From: Eubacteriales bacterium
GTDB lineage: Bacteria > Bacillota > Clostridia > Oscillospirales > JAAYXM01
Assembly: GCA_045586595.1 (NCBI GenBank)
Contig: JAZNAQ010000020.1
Span: 281 to 64,280 of the forward strand
DNA length: 64,000 bases
Direction of reading: 5' to 3'
A program made the position numbers and the translations under genes. Shown piece by piece: positions 9,160 to 16,900 of the stretch (within the stretch, counting starts at the first letter, position 1; each line of letters begins with the position of its first letter). Below the pieces are notes generated by a model. The model did no database searches, was not told the origin of the DNA, and was given only the letters and a program-made list of their open reading frames with translations.

Positions 9160-9339
9160 GACTATAATATAACATACAGGGTGATATATTGCAATATGTA
9201 GTTTTGTACAAAATACACTAATCACTTTTGTATAAAACACAGAAATATAGTTATATCCACCAAAAAGTATTGACATTAATTATATGTATCTGCTATACTA
9301 AATATGTTGGGCCGGTTGAAAAACCGGCCTTTTCTTTTT
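8841..9339. repeat. Noncoding module, copy 2 of 2 (paralog of 4320-4788)
   Basis: Same block order and orientation as copy 1. The large hairpin at 8841-8888 has a different stem sequence from copy 1 but keeps the pairing and an identical loop. Confidence 0.85.
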
Positions 9340-9366
9340 ATCAATATCATTTTTGCTTATGCTAAG

Positions 9367-9449
9367 AACTACTATTTAGATAAAATTCTAAATAGTAGTT
9401 GACAACTAGCAAACATTTTGTTATAATACATTTAGATATATATCTAAAT
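9367..9449 (+). promoter_or_regulatory. Promoter and two palindromic operators of the SdpR-like autorepressor
   Basis: TTGACA (9399-9404), 17-nt spacer, TATAAT (9422-9427). Inverted repeat AACTACTATTTAGA...TCTAAATAGTAGTT (9367-9400) overlaps the -35. The perfect palindrome ATTTAGATATATATCTAAAT (9430-9449) covers the expected transcription start. Confidence 0.6.
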
Positions 9450-9470
9450 AGCATAAGCGAGGTGATATAA

Positions 9471-9740
9471 ATGGGAATGAACGAAACACTGAAAGCGATA
9501 TCTGACCCTGTAAGGCGCGATATATTGTTATTGCTTAAAAGCGGCAGAAAGTCAGCAGGTGAAATTGTTGAGCAATTCAACTTAACGGGAGCAACAGTTT
9601 CATATCACCTTGCAAAGCTCAAACAAGCTGACCTTGTTGCAGAGCAAAAACAGAAAAACTTTATTTATTATGAACTGAACACCTCTGTATTCGAGGATGT
9701 CTTGACCTGGATTTATATGTTAGGAGGCAAAAATAAATGA
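9471..9740 (+). CDS. ArsR-family winged-helix repressor, SdpR-like
   Basis: 89 aa. ISDPVRRDILLLL...GEIVEQFNLTGATVSYHLAKLKQADLV is the ArsR/SdpR HTH. GAGGTGA lies 6 nt upstream. It overlaps the next ORF (ATGA). Confidence 0.8.
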   Translation: MGMNETLKAISDPVRRDILLLLKSGRKSAGEIVEQFNLTGATVSYHLAKLKQADLVAEQKQKNFIYYELNTSVFEDVLTWIYMLGGKNK

Positions 9741-10348
9741 AATTCATAAAATGGAAAAGCCTTGCTGTAACTTGTGCAGTATGCCTGTTGCCTATTATCT
9801 TGGGAGTTGCGGTTTTCAACAACTTGCCCGACCAGGTGGCAATACACTTTGACCTGCAAAACAACCCCGATAACTTTGCATCAAAAGAGTTTGCCGTTTT
9901 CGGATTGCCGGTTTTAATGGCACTTCTGCAAGCATTTTGCTGTTTTATCAATGACATAAACGCAAAAAAACACGGTGAAAGAAAAAAATTTGAAACCGCA
10001 ACAAAGTGGATTATTCCGATTATGACAATTATCCTTCAAGCCGCCACACTCGGTTATGCTCTCGGCTGGAACTTGGATATAAGAAAAATCGCAGCCTTTG
10101 TTGTTGGTGCTGTTTTGCTCGTGGTAGGTAACTTTTTACCCAAGTTTGACTATATAAAGAACTATGATGTTAACACCGAAAAAGCAAGAAAAATAAACCG
10201 CTTTATGGCTTACCAATCCGTTATTATGGGCATATTGTTTTTAATAAGCATATTCCTCCCGCCAATCACCACCGTTTTATGTATTGTTTTGTTGATACCT
10301 TATGCAATTTCAAGCATAATATATGGAATAAAAGTTGGGAAGAATTAA
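9737..10348 (+). CDS. SdpI-like immunity/signal-transduction membrane protein (DUF1648 + SdpI region)
   Basis: 203 aa with 5-6 TM helices. LPDQVAIHFDLQNNPDNF is the DUF1648-type N-terminus. It is genetically coupled to the SdpR-like repressor. Confidence 0.65.
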   Translation: MKFIKWKSLAVTCAVCLLPIILGVAVFNNLPDQVAIHFDLQNNPDNFASKEFAVFGLPVLMALLQAFCCFINDINAKKHGERKKFETATKWIIPIMTIILQAATLGYALGWNLDIRKIAAFVVGAVLLVVGNFLPKFDYIKNYDVNTEKARKINRFMAYQSVIMGILFLISIFLPPITTVLCIVLLIPYAISSIIYGIKVGKN

Positions 10349-10350
10349 AA

Positions 10351-10384
10351 AATACACCGGTATCCTTTTGGATACCGGTGTATT
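10351..10384. terminator. Hairpin between the sdpI-like gene and the tRNA-Pro region
   Basis: Perfect stem AATACACCGGTATCC/GGATACCGGTGTATT. An A-run lies upstream, which gives a T-run on the minus strand. Confidence 0.5.
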
Positions 10385-10401
10385 GGTCGGAGTGACAGGG
10401 C
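10383..10401 (-). repeat. 19-nt duplicate of the tRNA-Pro 3' end (acceptor/T-stem + CCA)
   Basis: TTGGTCGGAGTGACAGGGC is identical to 10582-10600. There is no anticodon arm, so it is not a gene. Confidence 0.8.
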
Positions 10402-10544
10402 ACATATTGCTTCGCAATCTGCCGTGCTTGACGACCGCTACGCATCGCTCGCAGTCCCCGTCTTCGCACATCGCTTCTAAAAAACAGTCCACCGGACTAT
10501 TTTTTTGACGAAGCGACCTTCTCAAGGTTCGAGCCCTTTTTTAT

Positions 10545-10583
10545 CAAAAAAAGCAGAAGTCCTGACGGACATCTGCTTTTTTT
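10545..10583 (-). terminator. Terminator downstream of tRNA-Pro
   Basis: Stem GCAGA...TCTGC (10553-10576) flanked by A8 and T7 runs. Confidence 0.6.
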
Positions 10584-10658
10584 GGTCGGAGTGACAGGGC
10601 TCGAACCTGCGGCCTGATGGTCCCAAACCACCCGCGCTACCAGCTGCGCCACACCCCG
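10583..10658 (-). tRNA. tRNA-Pro (anticodon UGG), CCA encoded
   Basis: The reverse complement folds by hand as CGGGGTG-TG-GCGC-AGCTGGTA-GCGC-G-GGTGG-TTTGGGA-CCATC-AGGCC-GCAGG-TTCGAGC-CCTGT-CACTCCG-A-CCA (76 nt). Confidence 0.9.
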
Positions 10659-10831
10659 TTATGAAATTGTCTGAATTTTGTTGCCTGCTTTTTACGTTTC
10701 TGCAGACCGTCCGCTGCGCTCCCTGTTGCAACAGCACCTCTGCCTGCGCAATACATTGCTTGTCAATCGGTTTGTTGCGGCCACTCCTTTTTCCTCGCTT
10801 CTTCTGCCACCGGCAGCGCTCGGAAACGTCC

Positions 10832-10859
10832 CCAGCTGCGCCACACCCCGTTATGAAAT
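10832..10859 (-). repeat. 28-nt duplicate of the tRNA-Pro 5' flank + acceptor/D-arm
   Basis: CCAGCTGCGCCACACCCCGTTATGAAAT is identical to 10640-10667. It lies directly downstream of the promoter at 10903-10875. Confidence 0.8.
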
Positions 10860-10874
10860 CTTTGCAACGTGAAT

Positions 10875-10903
10875 ATTATAATATATGAAATGTTCAAAGT
10901 CAA
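10875..10903 (-). promoter_or_regulatory. Consensus promoter feeding the tRNA-Pro region
   Basis: On the minus strand: TTGACT (10903-10898), 17-nt spacer, TATAAT (10880-10875). Confidence 0.55.
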
Positions 10904-10906
10904 CAG

Positions 10907-10944
10907 AAAAATGAGCCGATGTTATACAACATCGGCTCATTTTT
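10907..10944. terminator. Bidirectional terminator after tkt
   Basis: Stem ATGAGCCGATGTT/AACATCGGCTCAT flanked by an A-run and a T-run. Confidence 0.65.
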
Positions 10945-10959
10945 AATTGTTCAGTACTT

Positions 10960-12936
10960 TTACTTTACAAGCTTCTTTGCTGTATTTACTACATTTTCAA
11001 CAGTAAAGCCAAACTTCGGGAAGAGCTTGGAGTACGGAGCAGAAGCTCCGAAGCCTTCCATGCAAATCTTAGCACCGTCAAGACCAACGTAGCGGTCAAG
11101 ACCGAAGCCACAACCTGCCTCAACAAATACTCTTGCACGAATGCTCTTCGGAAGAACGCTCTCGCGGTATTCCTCAGACTGCATCTCAAACAGAGCAACT
11201 GACGGCATTGATACTACTCTTGCTGCGATACCCTCTGCAGCAAGCTCATCATATGCCTTATATGCAAGCTCAAGCTCAGAGCCTGAAGCGATGAGGATAA
11301 CCTTTGCATCCTTGCTATCACGGACAACATATGCACCCTTAAGCGCGCCCTTTCCTGTCTCCTCGTAATACGGTAGATTCTGGCGAGTAAGTGCAATACC
11401 TACCGGATGCTTACCGTTAGTAACAGAGTAGTACCAAGCAGCAGCTGTCTCATGGCCATCTGCCGGGCGGAAGTCAACAAATCCCGGAATTGAGCGCATT
11501 GCTGCAAGCTGTTCAATCGGCTGATGTGTCGGGCCGTCCTCGCCGACGCCGATACTGTCATGCGAGAATACATATGTTACCGGAAGCTCCATAAGAGCAG
11601 AGAGACGCATTGCCGGCTTTACATAGTCAGAGAACACAAAGAAGGTAGCAACAAACGGATGAATCCCGCCGTATGCCGCCATAGCGTTTGCAATAGCACC
11701 CATAGCGTGCTCACGAACACCAAAGTGAATGTTTCTGCCTGCGTAATTGTCCTTTGAGAAATCGCCGCCATCCTTTATGTTTGTCTTGTTTGACGGAGCA
11801 AGGTCAGCCGAGCCGCCAAAAAGGTTAGGCATAATCTTTGCAAGGCGGTTAATAGTCTCACCTGAGAGGTTACGAGTTGCGTTAGCCTTGTTTTCAAAGC
11901 TCCAGAACTCGTCAGAGTCAAGCTTATCCATATCGAGCTTTCCTGAAATAAGAGCTTCCCACTCTTTTGCAAGCTCAGGATATTTTGCAGCATAGTCTGC
12001 ATACTTCTTGTTCCACTCGTCCTCATTCTTATTGAGGTCTGAAACAACTTCGCTCATATGAGCGCGGACCTCGTCCGGAACATAGAACTCGTCTGCCGGA
12101 ACGCCGAGGTTTTCTTTAAGCTTTGCAAGCTTTTCAGCGCCGAGCGCCTCGCCGTGAACCTGTGATGTGCCTGCATTCGGAGCGCCAAAGCCGATTTCTG
12201 TTGTAATCTTAATAATGGTCGGCTTGTCCTTCTCTGCCTTTGCCTCGTCGATTGCTGCTGCGATAAGGTCTGTATCGTTGCCGTCAGATACCGAGAGAGT
12301 CTGCCAGCCGTATGCTTCAAAGCGTGCGCAAACATCTTCTGTAAACGCGAGGTCGGTACTTCCCTCGATTGTTATTGAGTTTGAGTCGTAAAGAACAATG
12401 AGCTTACCAAGACCAAGTGTGCCTGCGAGAGAAGCCGCCTCAGACGCGATACCCTCCATAAGGCAACCGTCGCCACAGAGGACATATGTATAATGGTCTA
12501 TAATATCAATACCGTCGCGGTTGAACTTAGATGCAAGGTGGCGCTCTGCCATAGCAAAGCCTACACCGTTTGCGATACCCTGGCCAAGCGGGCCGGTTGT
12601 TATCTCAACGCCTGCAACCTCACCATATTCAGGATGGCCCGGAGTCTTGCTGCCCTCCTGACGGAAGTTTTTAAGGTCTTCAAGAGTAAGACCGTAGTCA
12701 AACATATGAAGAAGTGCATAAAGCATAGCGGAGCCGTGACCGGAGGAAAGAACGAAGCGGTCGCGGTTTTGCCACTTTATATTCTTCGGGCTGTGTTTCA
12801 TCTTTTCTGCCCAGAGAGTATATGCCATCGGCATGGCACCAAGCGCAATACCCGGGTGGCCGGACTTTGCTTTATCAATAGCCTCAGCCGCAAGAACGCG
12901 CATGGTATCGATGGTTTGCTGTTTTACTGTTTTCAT
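10960..12936 (-). CDS. tkt: Transketolase
   Basis: 658 aa. N-terminal IDTMRVLAAEAIDKAKSGHPG, GDGCLMEG (ThDP motif) and EDGPTHQPIEQLA. Confidence 0.92.
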   Translation of the reverse strand: MKTVKQQTIDTMRVLAAEAIDKAKSGHPGIALGAMPMAYTLWAEKMKHSPKNIKWQNRDRFVLSSGHGSAMLYALLHMFDYGLTLEDLKNFRQEGSKTPGHPEYGEVAGVEITTGPLGQGIANGVGFAMAERHLASKFNRDGIDIIDHYTYVLCGDGCLMEGIASEAASLAGTLGLGKLIVLYDSNSITIEGSTDLAFTEDVCARFEAYGWQTLSVSDGNDTDLIAAAIDEAKAEKDKPTIIKITTEIGFGAPNAGTSQVHGEALGAEKLAKLKENLGVPADEFYVPDEVRAHMSEVVSDLNKNEDEWNKKYADYAAKYPELAKEWEALISGKLDMDKLDSDEFWSFENKANATRNLSGETINRLAKIMPNLFGGSADLAPSNKTNIKDGGDFSKDNYAGRNIHFGVREHAMGAIANAMAAYGGIHPFVATFFVFSDYVKPAMRLSALMELPVTYVFSHDSIGVGEDGPTHQPIEQLAAMRSIPGFVDFRPADGHETAAAWYYSVTNGKHPVGIALTRQNLPYYEETGKGALKGAYVVRDSKDAKVILIASGSELELAYKAYDELAAEGIAARVVSMPSVALFEMQSEEYRESVLPKSIRARVFVEAGCGFGLDRYVGLDGAKICMEGFGASAPYSKLFPKFGFTVENVVNTAKKLVK

Positions 12937-13023
12937 TTTTTCACCTCATACCAAATTCAGCTGTTAATATTATAACACAAATGTTTTAAGCTTACAATCC
13001 CTCTTTTGCTGAAATATTCATAT

Positions 13024-13052
13024 TGACAACAAACCAAAAACATGGTATAATT
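13024..13052 (+). promoter_or_regulatory. tRNA-Ala promoter
   Basis: TTGACA (13024-13029), 17-nt spacer, TATAAT (13047-13052) with an upstream TG. Confidence 0.6.
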
Positions 13053-13063
13053 TTGGACGATTT

Positions 13064-13139
<76 letters not shown>

Positions 13140-13325
13140 AACTTAACTCAGGCGAACACTGCCAAAATCTTAATGATTGACGGAGTCTTCGTTCTGGTGT
13201 GCTCGATTTAATGTTCGAGCATAAAAAGAGAGATTACTCACAAGAAATTTCGCATGAGTATTCTCTCTTTTTCTCTGCAAATAACAACACCCCCTCGCGG
13301 TTATTCCGCGAGGGGGTTCCCATTT

Positions 13326-13865
13326 CTACCACCTTATTCCATTATACCCCATGGCCTTCAGTTCGTCAACCGATATGTACTTCTCGGCTCTCGTGCTTTC
13401 TTCCTCGGCCGCACACCTTGCGAGAAACTCTGTCCACTTGTCACCAGTGAGCGAAGCAGGGCAGTTCTTCCCAGTCCAGTCTCGGTGTGCACGAATGTTC
13501 CCCGCCGGGATGCCGTGCTTCTTCATCAGCTGACGAACAAGCCAAACGGCATTGTCGACCGTCTTGCCGAAATCACCGTCCGAGTTCACACACAACTCAA
13601 TCGCAATCGAGCTCTCATTTGCCGCCTTGTCCGACGTGTGGTAGCTCTTCTCTCCATCTGGCAAATGCTGATAAATCGAGCTGTCATCAACCGTATAATG
13701 CCAGCTTGTCTTCTTATTAAGTCCTTTGAGGTACTTTGCATGAGATTGTGTGTTTGAGCCCTTATCTTTATTCGCGGTATCGTGAACAGTTATGTACTCG
13801 CAGCTGTTGTCTGTCCCAGGTCGGTTTATTCGCCCCTTAGGTATCAAATCCTGTATTATTTCCAT
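13326..13865 (-). CDS. Endolysin, N-acetylmuramoyl-L-alanine amidase (Amidase_2/PGRP fold)
   Basis: 179 aa. EYITVHDTAN, SWHYTVDD, AHRDWTGKNCP are the amidase_2 zinc/catalytic signature. It is the last gene of the lysis cassette. Confidence 0.8.
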   Translation of the reverse strand: MEIIQDLIPKGRINRPGTDNSCEYITVHDTANKDKGSNTQSHAKYLKGLNKKTSWHYTVDDSSIYQHLPDGEKSYHTSDKAANESSIAIELCVNSDGDFGKTVDNAVWLVRQLMKKHGIPAGNIRAHRDWTGKNCPASLTGDKWTEFLARCAAEEESTRAEKYISVDELKAMGYNGIRW

Positions 13866-13866
13866 A

Positions 13867-14661
13867 TCACACCGACTTTCTCAAATACAAAGAGCTTACC
13901 CAACCCGAAGCGATGCGACACCAGCCGTTCTTTTCTTCAAGCACGGTTACGGCATCGCCGTTATACAGTTTGCCAACACGCTTGTTGAATATACCAGCAC
14001 CACTTCTTACGTTAAGGCTCGTTCTTACCTTGACATAGCGGATGTCACTGCCACGGCACCATATACCGATAAACCCTCTTACCCTTCTGCCAGAGAAGTA
14101 GTTGCCGAGAGGTGCGTAGAACTGTGTGCTCCCGCCGCCGTCGAGATTTATCGCATCTGTCGCACCTGTATTAAGAAACGCTCGGCGAAGCTCAGGGAGT
14201 GTCGCGCCGCCGCTGTCAGGAAGAAGCGCAACATACAGATTGCTGCCATCGACTCCAAGCGCAGTTCGGCCGCGCCTACCAGTTATCCCTGCAGGGTTTA
14301 TATTCTCAGCCTTGCCGTTTCTGACAAGGGTCGGATATGCACCTATGTAATCTTTAGCACCCACATTGTTCTTATACGAGAAAACAACCTCGGTGTTGTT
14401 CGGAAACGCAAGCCCATAGCCCTCAGTCAGACGATGCGCTACACCGTCGCTTACAACATCACTCGCCGCCTTGCGCGTTTTGAATTCAAACAACTCTGCG
14501 TTCATAAGAAAGTCAGGAGCTCGGCCGCGCTCCTTCTTCACCCGACTCATCGCGCTTTTTATTTCCTCATTGCCGTTCTTGCCGTAGAAATACCCTATAT
14601 ACTCGATGTCAGACAGCGGTACCGTGTATATCCTACCGCCTTTGTATTTAGTTGTCTTCAT
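13867..14661 (-). CDS. Phosphodiester glycosidase (NAGPA/DUF2233)-like domain + C-terminal SH3b cell-wall-binding domain
   Basis: 264 aa. RTALGVDGSNLYVALLPD and ATDAINLDGGGSTQFY are typical of the NAGPA-like family. The C-terminus VRTSLNVRSGAG...GDAVTVLEEKNGWCRI is SH3_3-like. Confidence 0.6.
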   Translation of the reverse strand: MKTTKYKGGRIYTVPLSDIEYIGYFYGKNGNEEIKSAMSRVKKERGRAPDFLMNAELFEFKTRKAASDVVSDGVAHRLTEGYGLAFPNNTEVVFSYKNNVGAKDYIGAYPTLVRNGKAENINPAGITGRRGRTALGVDGSNLYVALLPDSGGATLPELRRAFLNTGATDAINLDGGGSTQFYAPLGNYFSGRRVRGFIGIWCRGSDIRYVKVRTSLNVRSGAGIFNKRVGKLYNGDAVTVLEEKNGWCRIASGWVSSLYLRKSV

Positions 14662-15110
14662 CCTTTTACCTCTCCTTCCGCTTCTTCCTTTAATACCTCG
14701 ATTGCCCTGGTAATTATCTTCGGGAGCGGCATTCCCATCAGCCCCGCATTTTCAACGATAGACATTGCCTCATTCGCAATAAAGCCAATAATTGCCGATG
14801 TTCGTATGTAGTTAATTCCAAGCTCAATATCAAGCCTGTGCGCTATAATTACAAAGAACAGAGTTAAGCATTTTTTGCAGAGCCCCTTCCACCCCGCTTT
14901 TGAGTTCAGAGCGCCGGTATCTGACTTGTTGCTGTTTTTAAAAACTCCGGCAACAAGAAGCCCTGTAATAAAATCAATGGCCATAAAAATAAGAAGCGTT
15001 ACCATATCCGATGTCCACCCTCCAAGCAGCTTTGCAATCAGTCCTCCAAACACGCCTACGAGCGCATATAACATTCCTTTGATTTTTAGCATTTCCTTTT
15101 CAACCTCCAT
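14658..15110 (-). CDS. Holin (phage_holin_4 / TcdE-like family)
   Basis: 150 aa with 3 TM helices. MAIDFITGLL, GWKGLCKK and NEAMSIVENAG are holin family-4 signatures. The true start may be an internal Met. Confidence 0.75.
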   Translation of the reverse strand: MEVEKEMLKIKGMLYALVGVFGGLIAKLLGGWTSDMVTLLIFMAIDFITGLLVAGVFKNSNKSDTGALNSKAGWKGLCKKCLTLFFVIIAHRLDIELGINYIRTSAIIGFIANEAMSIVENAGLMGMPLPKIITRAIEVLKEEAEGEVKG

Positions 15111-16413
15111 AATTAAAAATTTCTTCTAATTGTGTATCATAGCCCGGCGCATCTTCGTCATACACCGGTACCGCAACTGCAGGTGTCGGTCTTCCGGCCA
15201 CAAAATACCGAATGGCGTCGGGAGCGTGCGTGAGCTCGTGAGGCTCTCGCGCGACATCATTCGGATTTTTGCCGTCCATCGCAACACTCGGCAGAGTGCG
15301 TATTAGGTTTAAACAATTCGAAAAGATGCGAAGCGGCGCAATCATTTCTCCTTGTTCGTCTTTGCATGGCCTTAACCATTCCTTCAGGTTGTACCAGCCC
15401 TGCACGCGGTCATTGTTCGCACGAACCAACCGCACACCGTTTTCCGCAAATATTTCGGCCGCGCTCTTTCCTGTGTCCTGTCTCCTGTTCCATAAGTCAG
15501 GCGGCGCAATGTTTGCGTATATCTCCTCATCCGTAAGCTTACAAATGCATTTTGCCGCTTCAGATATTATAAGCCCACTCTGGTATATCTCCCTGTATAC
15601 ATATGCCCTTCCGTATGTATCGAGCGCTATCCAGTACCCCGCAAGCATATCAAGTCCGTAGTCCATAACAAAATACCGCCGCCAGTGCTTTGGAATTTCA
15701 AACGGCTGGATAACGTGTATCTTTCGGTTCCATTCCGTAAAATACTGTCCGTCAAATATATCCCAGTTTCCGAACAGAAGTGCCTGCTTGTCCTTTTCCG
15801 AGAGCTTTTCAAGACGTTTTACATAGTCGGGGTCACTGTCCATCAGAAACAGATTATCCTGTACCATTGCCGGGATAAATATTTTTCCGTCATGCTCACA
15901 GTTAGGCGGTCCGACGTCAATAAACCTTGACTTTACCCAAGAATGCCCAATGCCTCCGGGGTTCGTTGAGCTCTTTATCTGCTTCGGGTACCCGTTTGTT
16001 CCTCTTACTCGCGAGAGCAGATATATATACATCTGCTCTGTAAAGTGCGTAAGCTCGTCAAAGCGGATAACATCATACTCTGCCGACTGATATTTATATA
16101 CATCTCTTTCGCTGTCACAGTATGCAAAATCAACAATCGAGCCGTTTGTAAATCTCCCCACATGCTTGCTCGCGTTATACTTAAACACACTTTGGGGATA
16201 TATGTCACAAGCCACGCGAATGAGGCTCTTTTCAAGCTCCGGAAATGTCCTTCGCAGTATGAGTTGCTTCGAGCGAGGATATCGCAGTGCAAACAAAAAA
16301 GCATCTATCAGCTGAGCGTACGACTTCCCACCGCCTGCAGCTCCGCCGAACAAAACCTCCGATGGCCTCGCCTCAATAAATTGTTGCTGCTTCGATGTGA
16401 TATTAAACTCCAT
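15100..16413 (-). CDS. Terminase large subunit
   Basis: 437 aa. Walker A GGAAGGGKS, Walker B-like VIRFDELTHF and a C-terminal RNaseH-like nuclease segment VMDYGLDMLAGYW. Confidence 0.85.
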   Translation of the reverse strand: MEFNITSKQQQFIEARPSEVLFGGAAGGGKSYAQLIDAFLFALRYPRSKQLILRRTFPELEKSLIRVACDIYPQSVFKYNASKHVGRFTNGSIVDFAYCDSERDVYKYQSAEYDVIRFDELTHFTEQMYIYLLSRVRGTNGYPKQIKSSTNPGGIGHSWVKSRFIDVGPPNCEHDGKIFIPAMVQDNLFLMDSDPDYVKRLEKLSEKDKQALLFGNWDIFDGQYFTEWNRKIHVIQPFEIPKHWRRYFVMDYGLDMLAGYWIALDTYGRAYVYREIYQSGLIISEAAKCICKLTDEEIYANIAPPDLWNRRQDTGKSAAEIFAENGVRLVRANNDRVQGWYNLKEWLRPCKDEQGEMIAPLRIFSNCLNLIRTLPSVAMDGKNPNDVAREPHELTHAPDAIRYFVAGRPTPAVAVPVYDEDAPGYDTQLEEIFNYGG

Positions 16414-16555
16414 TCTTTACCACAACTTTCTTTTTATATGATTATAGCAGAAGTAAAACCTCAAGTTCCTTTCCGTGACAATACATGCACCATCATCTCA
16501 ATCTGTTATTCGCAATTTATTGTAATACTACAATCCCCTTGAGGAATGACGTATC

Positions 16556-16900
16556 TCACGTTGCCCTCCAATTCCCCGAAGACTTCGGCATATTTCTCCG
16601 TCTCCACCACGCCTTCGCCTCAGAATATGCCTGATTAAACATAGCCATGTCGTTTGTGTACATCGCCGTTTCCTGATTGTAATAATCAATCATCGCGACA
16701 AGGTACAAAACATAGATATTGTCGCACGGAGCAGGCATCAGCAGCTCGCGGTCATCGGGCCATGTGCTTTTGGGTATATCCCTGCCCATGGTCTCCGCAA
16801 TCTTGCCGTCAAGCTCATGGAGCCATTGTGCCTTTTGCTCCTCACCGAGAGTGTTCATTCTCAAATCATCCGCCTGCCGTATAGCTTCTGTTAGCTTCAT
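16556..16900 (-). CDS. Hypothetical virion/assembly protein
   Basis: 114-aa ORF coupled (ATGA-type overlap) to the fibre gene. No recognisable motif. Confidence 0.4.
   Translation of the reverse strand: MKLTEAIRQADDLRMNTLGEEQKAQWLHELDGKIAETMGRDIPKSTWPDDRELLMPAPCDNIYVLYLVAMIDYYNQETAMYTNDMAMFNQAYSEAKAWWRRRNMPKSSGNWRAT

Noticed and set aside
8967-9161. 64-aa hydrophobic plus-strand ORF inside module copy 2
   Set aside because: No equivalent ORF exists in copy 1. It lies in the AT-rich divergent centre of the module and has no RBS. The F/L/I richness is what poly-T/A sequence would be expected to encode.
10383-10545. Possible second tRNA gene or coding ORFs (10266-10469, 10310-10525) in the region downstream of tRNA-Pro
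   Set aside because: Only the last 19 nt of a tRNA and an inverted T-arm fragment are present, and no cloverleaf can be drawn. The ORFs cross terminator hairpins, lack an RBS and have odd composition.
13140-13325. Three hairpins between tRNA-Ala and the endolysin as a cos/pac site or a small RNA
   Set aside because: They are adequately explained as terminators at the end of the late operon and near the att junction; for example, CCCCCTCGCG/CGCGAGGGGG lies directly after the amidase stop. The sequence alone gives no further support.
16414-16555. Possible sixth family-1 repeat upstream of TerL (CAATCCCCTTGAGGAATG)
   Set aside because: Only a degenerate half of the CCTTCCCC/GGGGAAGG hairpin is present, and the CACCTCATCC and second-hairpin parts are absent. 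This is too weak to call.
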